In this document: in pieces, positions 1-10,014 of the stretch | Position numbering within the stretch: the first letter of the stretch is position 1 | Layout of the letters: every line of letters begins with the position of its first letter | Source: Promethearchaeota archaeon | GTDB taxonomy: Archaea > Asgardarchaeota > Lokiarchaeia > Sigyniarchaeales > SOKP01 | Length of the DNA: 64,000 nucleotides | Direction of reading: 5' to 3' | NCBI GenBank assembly: GCA_048938005.1 | Contig: JBHLMQ010000013.1 | Span: 15,543-79,542 of the forward strand | Translations under genes and position numbers: made by a program | The notes under the pieces: model-generated | Databases searched by the model: none | The model's input: the letters and a program-made list of their open reading frames with translations, nothing else | Told to the model about the DNA's origin: nothing

Positions 1-1087
1 CATAGGAATGGTGATTTATGTAGATCTTATCTTTAGGAGAATCTAAGAATATTTCTTCTATAAAATCATCAACTAACAATGGGAATAATTTATCTAAATT
101 TAATTTTTTTAATCCTGTTATGAATGCAATCTTCTTTTTAATGGATTCTGGGAAGTTATATTTTGAATTTAAAATTTTTATTGATTCACTTTTATACATT
201 TTTATTAAGCTTTCCAAGGGAATTAGTTGATCAAATTCAGCGATTTGGATATTTTGATGGATATCTTGAATAATCTTTTCAAAGTAATCCTCCTCAGGTT
301 CACCCTTATAAAAATAGTTGACCTCATATCTTTTTTCAATTTCAGATGAGTTTTCATAAATATGAACCTTAAAAATATCAAATTTTCCAGTATTATAGGT
401 TTTTAATAGTTTTTCATCTCTAAGTAGGATTTTAGTTTGAGATTCTTGAGTTTTATTTCCAAAAAATGAATTTCCCAAAAATAGAAATTCATAAAAATTA
501 TTGTATCTTTTATGATTTTCAATTTTACTTTCGAAACTTTTAAATTTTTTAATTATTCTCAAATTATTGAGCAGTTTAAGAAGATCGTTTATTAGAGCTT
601 CAATATAATATTGGCAATTTTGACAAATTGAATCAACGATTTTTTTTTTAATTATGGTTGATGATCTTTTTATAGTAGTATTATAAACCAAAATTGGATC
701 ATAGAACTCATAATCTCTAATTTTATACAAAGAAGAAAAATCTGGGAAGATTTTACACTTAAATTCTTTAAATTTACATCTTTGATTCCTTGTTTTCTCT
801 ATTTTTTTATTAATCTTTCTAATCTTTTTTAAAATTTTATAATATTCTAAAATTAATTTAAATTGATGATCACTAATTAAAATCTCGTTCCATGAAATGG
901 AGATATAATTATATTTTCGATCTTTATGTTTATATAAGGTCTTTAAAAAACAGAATTTACAATTTTTTGAATTAAAGAAATTTGTTTTCTTTTGTGGGCA
1001 GTTATAACAATCTATAACTAAAATAACTTCTTTTTTTCCATCAAAATTTTCTTTTTCTTTAAAAAATGTTGGATCTTTTAAAGCCAT
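1..1087 (-). CDS. Type II/IV secretion or type IV pilus ATPase (VirB11/CpaF/FlaI-like), N-terminal part; runs off the left edge
   Basis: Not in the ORF track. Frame read by hand from ATG at 1087 (MALKDPTFF...) with CxxC motifs (CYNC, CKFC, CQNC). Ends at the edge in LFPLLVDDFIEEIFLDSPKDKIYINHHSY, which resembles the PLLxDxxIEEI...IYVxH motif preceding the ATPase core. Walker motifs lie outside the window. Confidence 0.65.
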   Translation of the reverse strand, partial: MALKDPTFFKEKENFDGKKEVILVIDCYNCPQKKTNFFNSKNCKFCFLKTLYKHKDRKYNYISISWNEILISDHQFKLILEYYKILKKIRKINKKIEKTRNQRCKFKEFKCKIFPDFSSLYKIRDYEFYDPILVYNTTIKRSSTIIKKKIVDSICQNCQYYIEALINDLLKLLNNLRIIKKFKSFESKIENHKRYNNFYEFLFLGNSFFGNKTQESQTKILLRDEKLLKTYNTGKFDIFKVHIYENSSEIEKRYEVNYFYKGEPEEDYFEKIIQDIHQNIQIAEFDQLIPLESLIKMYKSESIKILNSKYNFPESIKKKIAFITGLKKLNLDKLFPLLVDDFIEEIFLDSPKDKIYINHHSY

Positions 1088-1219
1088 TTAAACATTTTTT
1101 TCAAAGAAAAATTTAAATAACCCCCTTTTCTCTCTAAGTGAATGTTAATAGATTAAAATTTAAATGAAAAAATTTATTTATTTTAAAAAATTCACATCCA
1201 AAAGTTGCTGTGATAAATT

Positions 1220-2239
1220 ATGGCTCATCGTAAAAAACATGCACCCAGACACGGATCATTGGCATTTCTACCAAGAAAAAGAGCAATACTGATAAAAGCT
1301 CGAATAAGACATTGGTTAGACAGTTGGGATGAGATTAATTTCCTTGGTTATGCAGGATTTAAAGTAGGAATGACTCATATCACATACATAGAGGATCAAA
1401 GAAATAGTCCTTATTATGGAAAAGAATTAATGAAACCAGTTACAATCGTTGAAGTTCCACCATTAATTCTAATAGGGATTAGAGTTTATAATAAAGATGA
1501 ATATGGGAAGTATATTGTTGGAGAATTATATACTAATGAATTTAATAATTATCTATCGAGAAAAATAAATCTCCCGAATTTAGAAAAATATAATTCTAAA
1601 GAAATTAAGAAAGAAATTCTTAAGGAATTAAACAATACAAGTGAAATTAGAGGTATTTTTCAAACACAGCCATATAAAACATCGATACCTAGAAAAAAAC
1701 CAGATATTATTGAAATAAAAGTCAATTCAACGAATAATCCCAAAGAAGAATTTAATTTCGCATATAATCGTTTAGGTAAAGAAATTAGAGTAAGAGATGT
1801 TTTAACAGAGGGAGAGTTAATAGATGTAATCGCTGTGACTAAAGGAAAGGGATTTCAAGGTCCTGTTAAAAGGTTTGGAGTCAAAATTCTTACTCGAAAA
1901 AACAATAAAATACGAAGAGCTGTAGCATGTATTGGTCCCTGGCATCCTGCGAGAGTACTTTATACAGTTCCACGTGCAGGGCAATTAGGATTTCATCAAA
2001 GAACTGAATACCATAAAAGGATCATGCTAATTGGTGAAAATGAGGAAGAAATTAATCCAAAAGGAGGATTTATTAGATACGGTAAAATTCAAGTAGATTA
2101 TGTCTTGGTACTAGGTTCTATTCCAGGATCTAGGAAAAGGCTAATTAGATTAAGAAAGACAATTAGACCGCTAAAATCGTTTGATTTAAATACTCCAGAG
2201 ATTACATTCATAAGCCGAGAGAGCCAACAAAGAAAATAG
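1220..2239 (+). CDS. rpl3: 50S ribosomal protein L3 (archaeal type)
   Basis: PRHGSLAFLPRKRA, GFKVGMTH, TKGKGFQGPVKRFG, IGPWHPARV. Confidence 0.98.
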   Translation: MAHRKKHAPRHGSLAFLPRKRAILIKARIRHWLDSWDEINFLGYAGFKVGMTHITYIEDQRNSPYYGKELMKPVTIVEVPPLILIGIRVYNKDEYGKYIVGELYTNEFNNYLSRKINLPNLEKYNSKEIKKEILKELNNTSEIRGIFQTQPYKTSIPRKKPDIIEIKVNSTNNPKEEFNFAYNRLGKEIRVRDVLTEGELIDVIAVTKGKGFQGPVKRFGVKILTRKNNKIRRAVACIGPWHPARVLYTVPRAGQLGFHQRTEYHKRIMLIGENEEEINPKGGFIRYGKIQVDYVLVLGSIPGSRKRLIRLRKTIRPLKSFDLNTPEITFISRESQQRK

Positions 2240-2262
2240 TACTTAAAACTTCAGGTGATTTT

Positions 2263-3051
2263 ATGGAAAAAATTAATTTTTACAGTCTAGAGGGTGAGAA
2301 AAAAGGACTTATTGATAAACCAAGATTATTTAATTTAAAACCTAGATTAGATCTTATTAAAATGGCAAGCGTAATTTCTCAAAGTAAAATAAAACAAATC
2401 CAGGGAAGAGATTATAGAGCGGGATTAAGAAATACTGCTGAAAGTTGGGGAACGGGTCACGGAATTTCTAGAGCTCCAAGAATAAAAGGTAGCGGGTTTA
2501 TTACAGCTAGACAAGTTGGAAGAGTTCCTTTTGCCAAGGGAGGACGCCGTGCACATCCAATAAAAGCTGAAAAAAGGAGGAAAAAAAAAATAAACAAACG
2601 TGTAAATAAAATATCTGTAATTTCTGCCATTTCAGCTTCTGGAAATAAATTTTGGGTTAAAAAGAGAGGGTATAATATTGAAAATATACCTGAAATTCCT
2701 TTAGTTGTTGACGATAAAATCCAAACTATTAAAAAAACTGTACGAATCTATTCAATATTATGTAATTTAGGATTAGAAAAAGATTTAATTAAAATTAAGA
2801 ATAGTAGATATATTAGAGCAGGAAAGGGTAAATCACGAGGGCGAAAGTATAAAAATAAAAAGGGTATTTTAATCGTAATTAAAGATGATTTTGGTATTGT
2901 TAAAGCTTCAAGAAATATTCCTGGAACAGATGTAATTAAAGTGGAGGATTTATCAATTAAGAATTTAGCCCCTGGAGGAACATCAGGTAGGTTAATCCTT
3001 TGGACTCAATCTGCTTTCAATGAATTAAATAATTATGAGGTGTTAATTTAA
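2263..3051 (+). CDS. rpl4: 50S ribosomal protein L4
   Basis: TAESWGTGHGISRAPR, RAGKGKSRGRKY, LAPGG; follows rpl3. Confidence 0.97.
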   Translation: MEKINFYSLEGEKKGLIDKPRLFNLKPRLDLIKMASVISQSKIKQIQGRDYRAGLRNTAESWGTGHGISRAPRIKGSGFITARQVGRVPFAKGGRRAHPIKAEKRRKKKINKRVNKISVISAISASGNKFWVKKRGYNIENIPEIPLVVDDKIQTIKKTVRIYSILCNLGLEKDLIKIKNSRYIRAGKGKSRGRKYKNKKGILIVIKDDFGIVKASRNIPGTDVIKVEDLSIKNLAPGGTSGRLILWTQSAFNELNNYEVLI

Positions 3052-3315
3052 ATGGAAAATTTTTTTAAAATTATTAAAAAACCATTAATTACCGAAAAGA
3101 CATTTGATTTGATTGAAAAAGAAAATAAGCTGGTATTTATGGTAAATAGAAAGTCAAATAAAAGTCAAATTAAGAGAGCTGTCGAAAAAATACATAACGT
3201 AAAGGTTATTAAAGTTAATACTATGATTACACCTCAAGGTGAGAAAAAAGCCTTCATCAAACTTCATCCAGATTATTCTGCTCAAGATATTGCGATTGAT
3301 TTAGGTATATTTTAG
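3052..3315 (+). CDS. rpl23: 50S ribosomal protein L23
   Basis: PLITEK...NKLVF...KVNT...GEKKAFIKL; follows rpl4. Confidence 0.97.
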   Translation: MENFFKIIKKPLITEKTFDLIEKENKLVFMVNRKSNKSQIKRAVEKIHNVKVIKVNTMITPQGEKKAFIKLHPDYSAQDIAIDLGIF

Positions 3316-4434
3316 CTAATTATTTTTTTTAAATTCTTCGTAATTTAACTTCTGAATTTCTACAGGATTAACAATCTTAATATTTTCTATTAATTTAATA
3401 GACTCCATTTTTAATAGTTTTTCATATCCCAAATCATTTAATATTAAAATGTAAATAACATATTTGGGATAATATTTTTCAATGATTCTGCGAATGTAAT
3501 TAGAATTTAGATTTTGTAAGATTAAAAATAAGAAATTTTGCTCAATTAAAAATAGGTTCTCATTTAATCTCAAATACTCAATTTGATTATTTAATAGATT
3601 TTCTTCAAGCAACTCAATCATACGTGATAATTCTAATAAATGTGACTGTTTAATAGTTTTAAAAAGATCATAAAAATCATTTAATAAAAAGTAGGCATCT
3701 ATTATTCCTAATCTCCAAAGCAAATTGAAAATTGCCTTAATTTTAAGATCTTGCTTTTTTATTAAATTACAATGGAAAAAACTGTTAATGTTTTTATCTA
3801 TATTAGAAGTGAACTCATTATTTTCACAAATCTCTACAAGGTAAGATGTTAATTCAATAATTTCATTATGATCTATTCGAAAATGAAATATTAAATGCCC
3901 TTTTTTGCTTAGATTTTTAATTAGATTTGAAAAGTTATATATAAATAATACTTTATTTTTAATTAAATCTAAATCAATGCTATAAAAACTAAAAATTTTT
4001 GACTCTTTCTCAGAAGAGATCAAAATTGATTCAGATGATTTATTGATAGATGTATATGAATTTATTCTTTTAAAAATAATTTTTAAAAATCTTTCCTCTA
4101 AGAGCTTTTCTTTTATGAATTTAAAAGGAAAATGAGTTTCAATCATTTTTTGTTGAACTTTATTAAAAGCCTTAATTATTCCTTCTTTTGTATCATCTTC
4201 AAAATTCAACAATAATAATTTTTTGATTTTTTTATAAATATCTATTTGGATTGAATAATATTGAATTATCCTCTTCTTTAAAAATTCATTAAAGAGGGAT
4301 TCAATCAAATTAAGATTTAAATCTTCTAGAATTGCGAATGCTATTATTTTATTATTTTTACTTAGGCTCTTATAGAAAATTAAGTGATTTTCAATGAGAT
4401 ATGAAAAAAGTTTATACTTGCCCTTTTTAACCAT
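3316..4434 (-). CDS. Hypothetical protein (372 aa)
   Basis: Long ORF, no recognised motif. Confidence 0.7.
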   Translation of the reverse strand: MVKKGKYKLFSYLIENHLIFYKSLSKNNKIIAFAILEDLNLNLIESLFNEFLKKRIIQYYSIQIDIYKKIKKLLLLNFEDDTKEGIIKAFNKVQQKMIETHFPFKFIKEKLLEERFLKIIFKRINSYTSINKSSESILISSEKESKIFSFYSIDLDLIKNKVLFIYNFSNLIKNLSKKGHLIFHFRIDHNEIIELTSYLVEICENNEFTSNIDKNINSFFHCNLIKKQDLKIKAIFNLLWRLGIIDAYFLLNDFYDLFKTIKQSHLLELSRMIELLEENLLNNQIEYLRLNENLFLIEQNFLFLILQNLNSNYIRRIIEKYYPKYVIYILILNDLGYEKLLKMESIKLIENIKIVNPVEIQKLNYEEFKKNN

Positions 4435-4559
4435 TACATTAATATTTTAAATTAGATTTATAAAAACATAAATTTTTTCGAATAACAATAGATAAAAATG
4501 GTATGAAAAAGTTATAATAAATTTGACATTATATAAGTAAAAAGAATTGGAGTCTTAAA

Positions 4560-4736
4560 TTGAGTAAATTCGAAAGGTATAAACAAAAAGCTGACGTTTA
4601 TATATATCCACATAAACATTGTAAGAAGTGTGGAGAAATGATCTCTGAAGCTCATTCTTATTGTGCTGAATGTTATAAAAACTTAAAAGAAAAGAAAAAA
4701 AGGAGATGGTTCAGAAGGAAAAAATTGAATAGTTAA
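4560..4736 (+). CDS. Small Zn-ribbon protein (DUF2116-like), 58 aa
   Basis: Not in the ORF track. TTG start, LSKFERYKQKADVYIYPHKHCKKCGEMISEAHSYCAECYKNLKEKKKRRWF...; PHKHCxxCG...CxxC pattern. Confidence 0.75.
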   Translation: MSKFERYKQKADVYIYPHKHCKKCGEMISEAHSYCAECYKNLKEKKKRRWFRRKKLNS

Positions 4737-4775
4737 ATCATAGGATTTTTCCTTTTATTTGACTTATTCAAAAAA

Positions 4776-6482
4776 TTAAATATTAAATCTTTCTAATAAC
4801 CAATTTTTATCTAAGAGGGTTAAAAATGGTCCTAATCGTGGACCGCTTTTTTTACCTAAAATAATTTGATAAATTGCTTCAAATAGTTTTCTTGGAGAGA
4901 TATCTAAATCATTTTTTGCTATAGAAAAAATTTTATTTTGAATAAAATTTGCATCTAATTCATCATTTTCATTTAAGAACTCCCTTAATAAATGTATCCC
5001 TTTTAGTTGCTTTTTATCTAATTTCTTTATCGTATTTATAGTTATTTTATTTGGAATTGTGAAAATCTCTACTTTTCTTAGAATCTCTTCTTTAACTTTC
5101 GAATCTGTTTCGTTTTCTAATATTGTTTTTATTTCTTCAATCCAATTATTAGTTTTGGTTAAAAGTGCCTCAAATTCTTCTATACTAACTATATTATCAA
5201 AATTATGTTCTTCCATGTAGGATTTTGCTTTTTCATAGAGTATATCTAAATCTAAAATATTTTGAATTTGTGCGAAAAAAGTCAAAAGCTTCAAGGGTAA
5301 TTTTTTTGATTTTGTTTTAGGGAAATCATTTATCTGTGTTAATGGAAAAATGTATTTAAAAAATCTATTTTCTTCAGACTCATTTAATATTTCCAAATCA
5401 TAGTAAGAATTTTCCATTTTTTCATAATATTCATAATATTGAGGAAGTTCTTCAATCCTAAAAGCGATATGCTTCAGTGGAATTGTTTTTAAAATAATTG
5501 TCCTATAAATCTTTGGATCAGCCATTTCTAGATACTTTTTTGGTGTAAAAACAATACCTTTAGATGTTTTCATATCATAATTTCCAAGTCTTAACCATTC
5601 ATATGGAACTTTTACAGGGCCTTCATATCCATATATTTCTTTACATAATTCTAAACCAGTATCATATGCACCACCCTTTACGCTATGATCCTTGCCTGCA
5701 GGTTCACATGTCGTTTTATAAATTGCCCATTTTGCAGGCCAATCTATTCGCCAATTTAATTTTAACCTCCCGCTCCAAATTGATATTTTTCCGGAGTGTC
5801 CACATGCTTTACACGTATAGGTTACTTTTTCTTCGTCATAAAAATATTCTTTTGCTCTATTTGGTTGAATAGAACCATCTTTACTGACATGCTGGATTGA
5901 ATTGCATTCCTCACAAATAACCATAACTGGTAACCAGTTTTTTTGCATTTCTATAAATTTTGGCTTTAATTCTTCTTTTAGAGTAGGCAATATATATTTT
6001 TTCAAGATTTCCTTAATTTTTTTAGTATTTTCCAGAGCAATCTTTATTTTTTCTTGCATCTTTTTAGTTTTGTATAATTCATGTGACCAAATTACAACAA
6101 TTCTTATTCCAAAATCCGGAAATGATTCTATTAATTCATTACCAAAATGATGTGCATAACTTTCGCATCTACAATCATCGTAAGGGCATGGAATCATAGC
6201 AAATGGTTTTCCAAGATGTTTTTTCCGAAATTTTTCAGGAATATATGCTGGAAATCGCTTAGCTGCATCTAGACTATCAAAAAATAATAAATTATTAACA
6301 ATATCACCATTTTTTTCAAAAACCCTTCTTAAGGCATCGCAAATTATTATTTCTCGTAAAATTCCTAAATGGATATGACCCGATGGAGTCTTACCTGTAG
6401 AAAGTGTAATTTCATCAACTTTACGGGAGTAAATTTCTTCAACAATTTCTTCTATCCAATGAACTGGAAAATCTTCATTCAA
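4776..6482 (-). CDS. lysS: Lysyl-tRNA synthetase, class I
   Basis: HW..., TPSGHIHLG (HIGH), KLNWRIDWP, EPAGKDH, MKTSKG, GPRLGPF. Confidence 0.96.
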   Translation of the reverse strand: MNEDFPVHWIEEIVEEIYSRKVDEITLSTGKTPSGHIHLGILREIIICDALRRVFEKNGDIVNNLLFFDSLDAAKRFPAYIPEKFRKKHLGKPFAMIPCPYDDCRCESYAHHFGNELIESFPDFGIRIVVIWSHELYKTKKMQEKIKIALENTKKIKEILKKYILPTLKEELKPKFIEMQKNWLPVMVICEECNSIQHVSKDGSIQPNRAKEYFYDEEKVTYTCKACGHSGKISIWSGRLKLNWRIDWPAKWAIYKTTCEPAGKDHSVKGGAYDTGLELCKEIYGYEGPVKVPYEWLRLGNYDMKTSKGIVFTPKKYLEMADPKIYRTIILKTIPLKHIAFRIEELPQYYEYYEKMENSYYDLEILNESEENRFFKYIFPLTQINDFPKTKSKKLPLKLLTFFAQIQNILDLDILYEKAKSYMEEHNFDNIVSIEEFEALLTKTNNWIEEIKTILENETDSKVKEEILRKVEIFTIPNKITINTIKKLDKKQLKGIHLLREFLNENDELDANFIQNKIFSIAKNDLDISPRKLFEAIYQIILGKKSGPRLGPFLTLLDKNWLLERFNI

Positions 6483-6713
6483 TTTTTCTTCCCCTAAATT
6501 ACTTTTTCTTTATTGGTGTAATGAATCTTTCCTTTTTAATTTATTTCGGTATATATAAATTAGACTAATTTAATTAAAAAGATCGAAAGAAAATTCTTAG
6601 TTATTTAGAATATTTATTTATTCAAAATACATAATCGAAAGTTATGTTTTAGCGACAGCAAATAGCAAATTATAAATGATTATTTTTGTTTTTAAATGGT
6701 AGTGAGTTAAATT

Positions 6714-8546
6714 ATGAGGATTGCTGTTTTAAATAAGGATTTTTGTAAACCAAACAAATGTAGTCCTTTTGGAGAAAAGCCTTGTATTAAATATTGCCCC
6801 AGAGTGAGAACAGGAGATAAAACAATTGTTTTAAGCCCAGATGAGAAATTTGTCATCATTACTGAAAGTTTATGCTCAGGAGAAGGTATATGCATTAAAA
6901 AATGTCCTTTTAATGCAATTAATATTGTAAATTTACCTGATCCATTAGAGAATCAAATATCATATCGATATGGGCAAGATCAGTTTTCATTGTTTCGAAT
7001 GGCAATCCCTAAAAAAGGAAAAGTCCTTGGATTAATTGGACAAAATGGAATTGGAAAAAGCACATTACTTAAATTGTTATCAAATGAGATAAAAATAAAT
7101 TTAGGAAAATTTGGTGATGAAGCTCCTGACTGGAAACAAATAATAGAACATTTTAAAGGATCAGAACTGCATCAATATTTTAATGAAATTAGAGAAGGTA
7201 AGATAAAGATTGTTCATAAACCTCAAAATATTACAGTAATCCCAAAGTTCGTATCAGGAAAGGTATATGATTTATTGAGTAAAAATGCCAAAGGAGAACA
7301 ATTAGATCAAATCTGTGCGAAATTGAATCTCATTGAAATATTAGAAAGAGAAATATCAGTATTATCTGGAGGTGAATTGCAAAGAGTAGCTATTGCAGCA
7401 GCTTATCTCAAAGATGGAGATATATATTTATTTGATGAACCAAGTTCATATTTGGATGTAAGTGAAAGAATTAAAATGGCTAAATTAGTTCGTAGCTTAT
7501 CTGAAAAAGGCAAAACTATTATTGTTGTTGAACATGATTTAGCAATTTTAGATTATTTAAGTGATTACGTTTCAATTTTATATGGACAACCTGGTGTTTA
7601 TGGGATAGTTTCACATCCACAGGGTGTTAGAGTTGGTATTAATATTTATTTAAATGGATATATAAAAGATGAAAATGTCAGATTCAGAGAAGAACCTATC
7701 ACATTTCACGAACGGCCACCCCAGGAATCATTATTCGATAGTGGAGATGTCGTTTTTTCTTATGACGATATCGAAATTTCTTTAGGAAATTTCCAGTTGA
7801 CTGCTTCTGGTAGTGAAATTCATGCAGGTGAACTTATTGGGATTCTAGGGCCAAATGGAATTGGTAAAACTACTTTTATTAATTCGCTTGCTAATAAAAT
7901 TCATATTAATAATGAAGAATATGGTGATAAAATTGAGGAAAATGATGCGGGAAATATTCAAAAATTAAAAGTTGTTGTGAAGCCACAATATATTAAAATT
8001 GAAGAGGAAGGATTAGTGTCTAAGCTTATTACACAAATTAAGTTAGCTCCCCATTTAAGTCAGTCCTATAAAAAGAGATTGATTAAAAATTTAAATCTAG
8101 AAAATATAAAGGAGAGAAATTTTTCAGAATTAAGTGGTGGGGAATTACAGCGGGTTGCAATTGCTAAATGTCTTTCAACTGAAGCAGATATTTATTTATT
8201 AGATGAACCTTCAGCATTTTTAGATGTTGAGATGAGATTGCAGGTTGCTCAATTATTGAGAAAATCTATCGAAGAGTTAAAAAAATCTGGATTTGTAGTA
8301 GAACATGATATTATAACTCAAGATTTTATAGCTGATTCAATAATAGTATTTGATGGTACTCCTGGATTAGAAGGTAATGGTTTACCCCCTCAAAATTTAA
8401 GGGATGGGTTTAATACATTTCTGAGAATGATGGGAATTACATTCAGGAGAGATTCTGCTACCAAAAGACCTCGTGTAAATAAACTAGGAAGTAATAAGGA
8501 TGTATATCAGAAGCGGATTAATGAATATTATTATATCCCAAAATAA
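6714..8546 (+). CDS. abce1: Ribosome recycling ATPase ABCE1/Rli1
   Basis: N-terminal Cys-rich Fe-S domain, two ABC cassettes (GQNGIGKS, GPNGIGKT, LSGGELQR twice), C-terminal FRRD...RPRVNK. Confidence 0.97.
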   Translation: MRIAVLNKDFCKPNKCSPFGEKPCIKYCPRVRTGDKTIVLSPDEKFVIITESLCSGEGICIKKCPFNAINIVNLPDPLENQISYRYGQDQFSLFRMAIPKKGKVLGLIGQNGIGKSTLLKLLSNEIKINLGKFGDEAPDWKQIIEHFKGSELHQYFNEIREGKIKIVHKPQNITVIPKFVSGKVYDLLSKNAKGEQLDQICAKLNLIEILEREISVLSGGELQRVAIAAAYLKDGDIYLFDEPSSYLDVSERIKMAKLVRSLSEKGKTIIVVEHDLAILDYLSDYVSILYGQPGVYGIVSHPQGVRVGINIYLNGYIKDENVRFREEPITFHERPPQESLFDSGDVVFSYDDIEISLGNFQLTASGSEIHAGELIGILGPNGIGKTTFINSLANKIHINNEEYGDKIEENDAGNIQKLKVVVKPQYIKIEEEGLVSKLITQIKLAPHLSQSYKKRLIKNLNLENIKERNFSELSGGELQRVAIAKCLSTEADIYLLDEPSAFLDVEMRLQVAQLLRKSIEELKKSGFVVEHDIITQDFIADSIIVFDGTPGLEGNGLPPQNLRDGFNTFLRMMGITFRRDSATKRPRVNKLGSNKDVYQKRINEYYYIPK

Positions 8547-8868
8547 GTAGATAATATTTGAATCATTATCTAATTCATTTTTAATAATTAACTATTACTT
8601 TATACTCCATAATTTCGATTGGAGAAATTTTTATTAATCAAATTAAGATTTAATTCGAAAATTTGTATTATTTCTTTCTTAATAAGATTATTTAAATATT
8701 TTCAAATTTATTTTAACTGGGCTCTATTCTAAAATTTATATATATATTTTTTCTTCTATTCTAAAATAAAATTTGCAGTGGAAATATAATGGTATCTATT
8801 GATAATATTATTTTATTAACAAATTCCTTTGAATTATAAAAAAATATAAAATAAGGAAATTAAAGTTA

Positions 8869-9123
8869 TTAATCTTTTAATTTCCAGAAAACGAGTGGAC
8901 GACCTCTTTTTCCGTCATTCCGTGAAAATTTTTCGATTAATCTTCTTTTTTGGAGCTTTACTAGATTATCATATATTGTTGTTCTTGGAGTTTTGAGTTC
9001 TTCTACTAAATCTTTGCGAGTTACCGGTCCAGTTTCCTTTAAAATTTGTATTAAATTATATTGTATAGGTGATAAATATCCTTTCTGGTCAGAATAACTA
9101 TTAATTAAGATTTTATTTACCAT
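8869..9123 (-). CDS. Winged-helix transcription regulator (TrmB/ArsR-like)
   Basis: TRKDLVEELKTPRTTIYDNLVKL...GRP wing. Confidence 0.8.
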   Translation of the reverse strand: MVNKILINSYSDQKGYLSPIQYNLIQILKETGPVTRKDLVEELKTPRTTIYDNLVKLQKRRLIEKFSRNDGKRGRPLVFWKLKD

Positions 9124-9231
9124 TATTTATTCCTCCACTTTTAATACAGATTTAAAAACGACAATTTTTCGACTTTTTAATTTTTAAAGAGAAAAATTTA
9201 TTCTTATGATCTAGTAAGTTCCAAATGATAT

Positions 9232-9258
9232 ATAAATAATGCTTATTTATGCATTATT
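9232..9258. promoter_or_regulatory. Overlapping inverted repeats at a TATA-like element between divergent regulator genes (candidate operator)
   Basis: ATAAATAA-tgc-TTATTTAT (9232-9250) and AATAATGC-n8-GCATTATT (9235-9258). AT-rich, so chance is possible. Confidence 0.3.
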
Positions 9259-9333
9259 ATCATCAACTAGCATAATATTTATTAACATAAATTTTTCTAT
9301 ACTTAATATAGAAATATATATTTTAAACTAAAA

Positions 9334-9705
9334 ATGACTGAGACTACAAGAACAACTGTCACGTTGAATAAAAGTTATATGAAGTTGGTTGAAGATTTAG
9401 TGGATGTATTTGGAGCTACAAAAGCACAGGTAATTTCTAATATTGTAGAATATTTTTTTAACGATAGTAAAAATGATCCTCTTTTAGAAAAATTAAGGGC
9501 TAGAAAAAGGAAAGAAAAACCTCCTGAGAAATCAGATATTGAAAATAGAATTATAAAATATTTAAAAAGAGCAGATAAAATACCTTTTGAAGTATTTGTG
9601 AATCATTTAAAATTAGATAGTGAATTTGTAATAGATCACCTTGATGAGTGGGGGGAAAAATATGATTTTATGTATGTCGATAATAAAATAATTAAAAGCA
9701 AGTAA
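9334..9705 (+). CDS. Putative DNA-binding protein, N-terminal ribbon-helix-helix-like
   Basis: RTTVTLNKSYMKLVEDLV...TKAQVISNIV beta-helix-helix pattern; C-terminus wHTH-like. Confidence 0.6.
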   Translation: MTETTRTTVTLNKSYMKLVEDLVDVFGATKAQVISNIVEYFFNDSKNDPLLEKLRARKRKEKPPEKSDIENRIIKYLKRADKIPFEVFVNHLKLDSEFVIDHLDEWGEKYDFMYVDNKIIKSK

Positions 9706-9740
9706 GATGTAAAGCATTTACGCTATTAATCTTCTAGCCA

Positions 9741-9941
9741 TCATCTAAATAATTCTAAGAAGTTATTTGAAAGTCCCACAGTCCAATCTAATATCGAAGT
9801 TATAACTCCAACAATAATAAAGAAAATAAATAAAGCAAAACCAAGTAATAAGGCATATTCCACAAGATTTCCTCCATATTCATCAGAGAAGAATTGTTTA
9901 ATTTTGGATCCAAATTTTTTTATGAGATTTTTAAAGTTCAT
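9741..9941 (-). CDS. Flp/Fap-like type IVb pilin
   Basis: Basic leader, FFSDEYG|GNLVEYALL with E+5/Y+6, then a hydrophobic helix; 66 aa. Confidence 0.8.
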   Translation of the reverse strand: MNFKNLIKKFGSKIKQFFSDEYGGNLVEYALLLGFALFIFFIIVGVITSILDWTVGLSNNFLELFR

Positions 9942-10014
9942 TGCTAATTTATTTTTTAAAATAGTTTTATAAACTAAACGATTAAAAAAAAAAGTAGAAT
10001 TGAATAGACAAATC

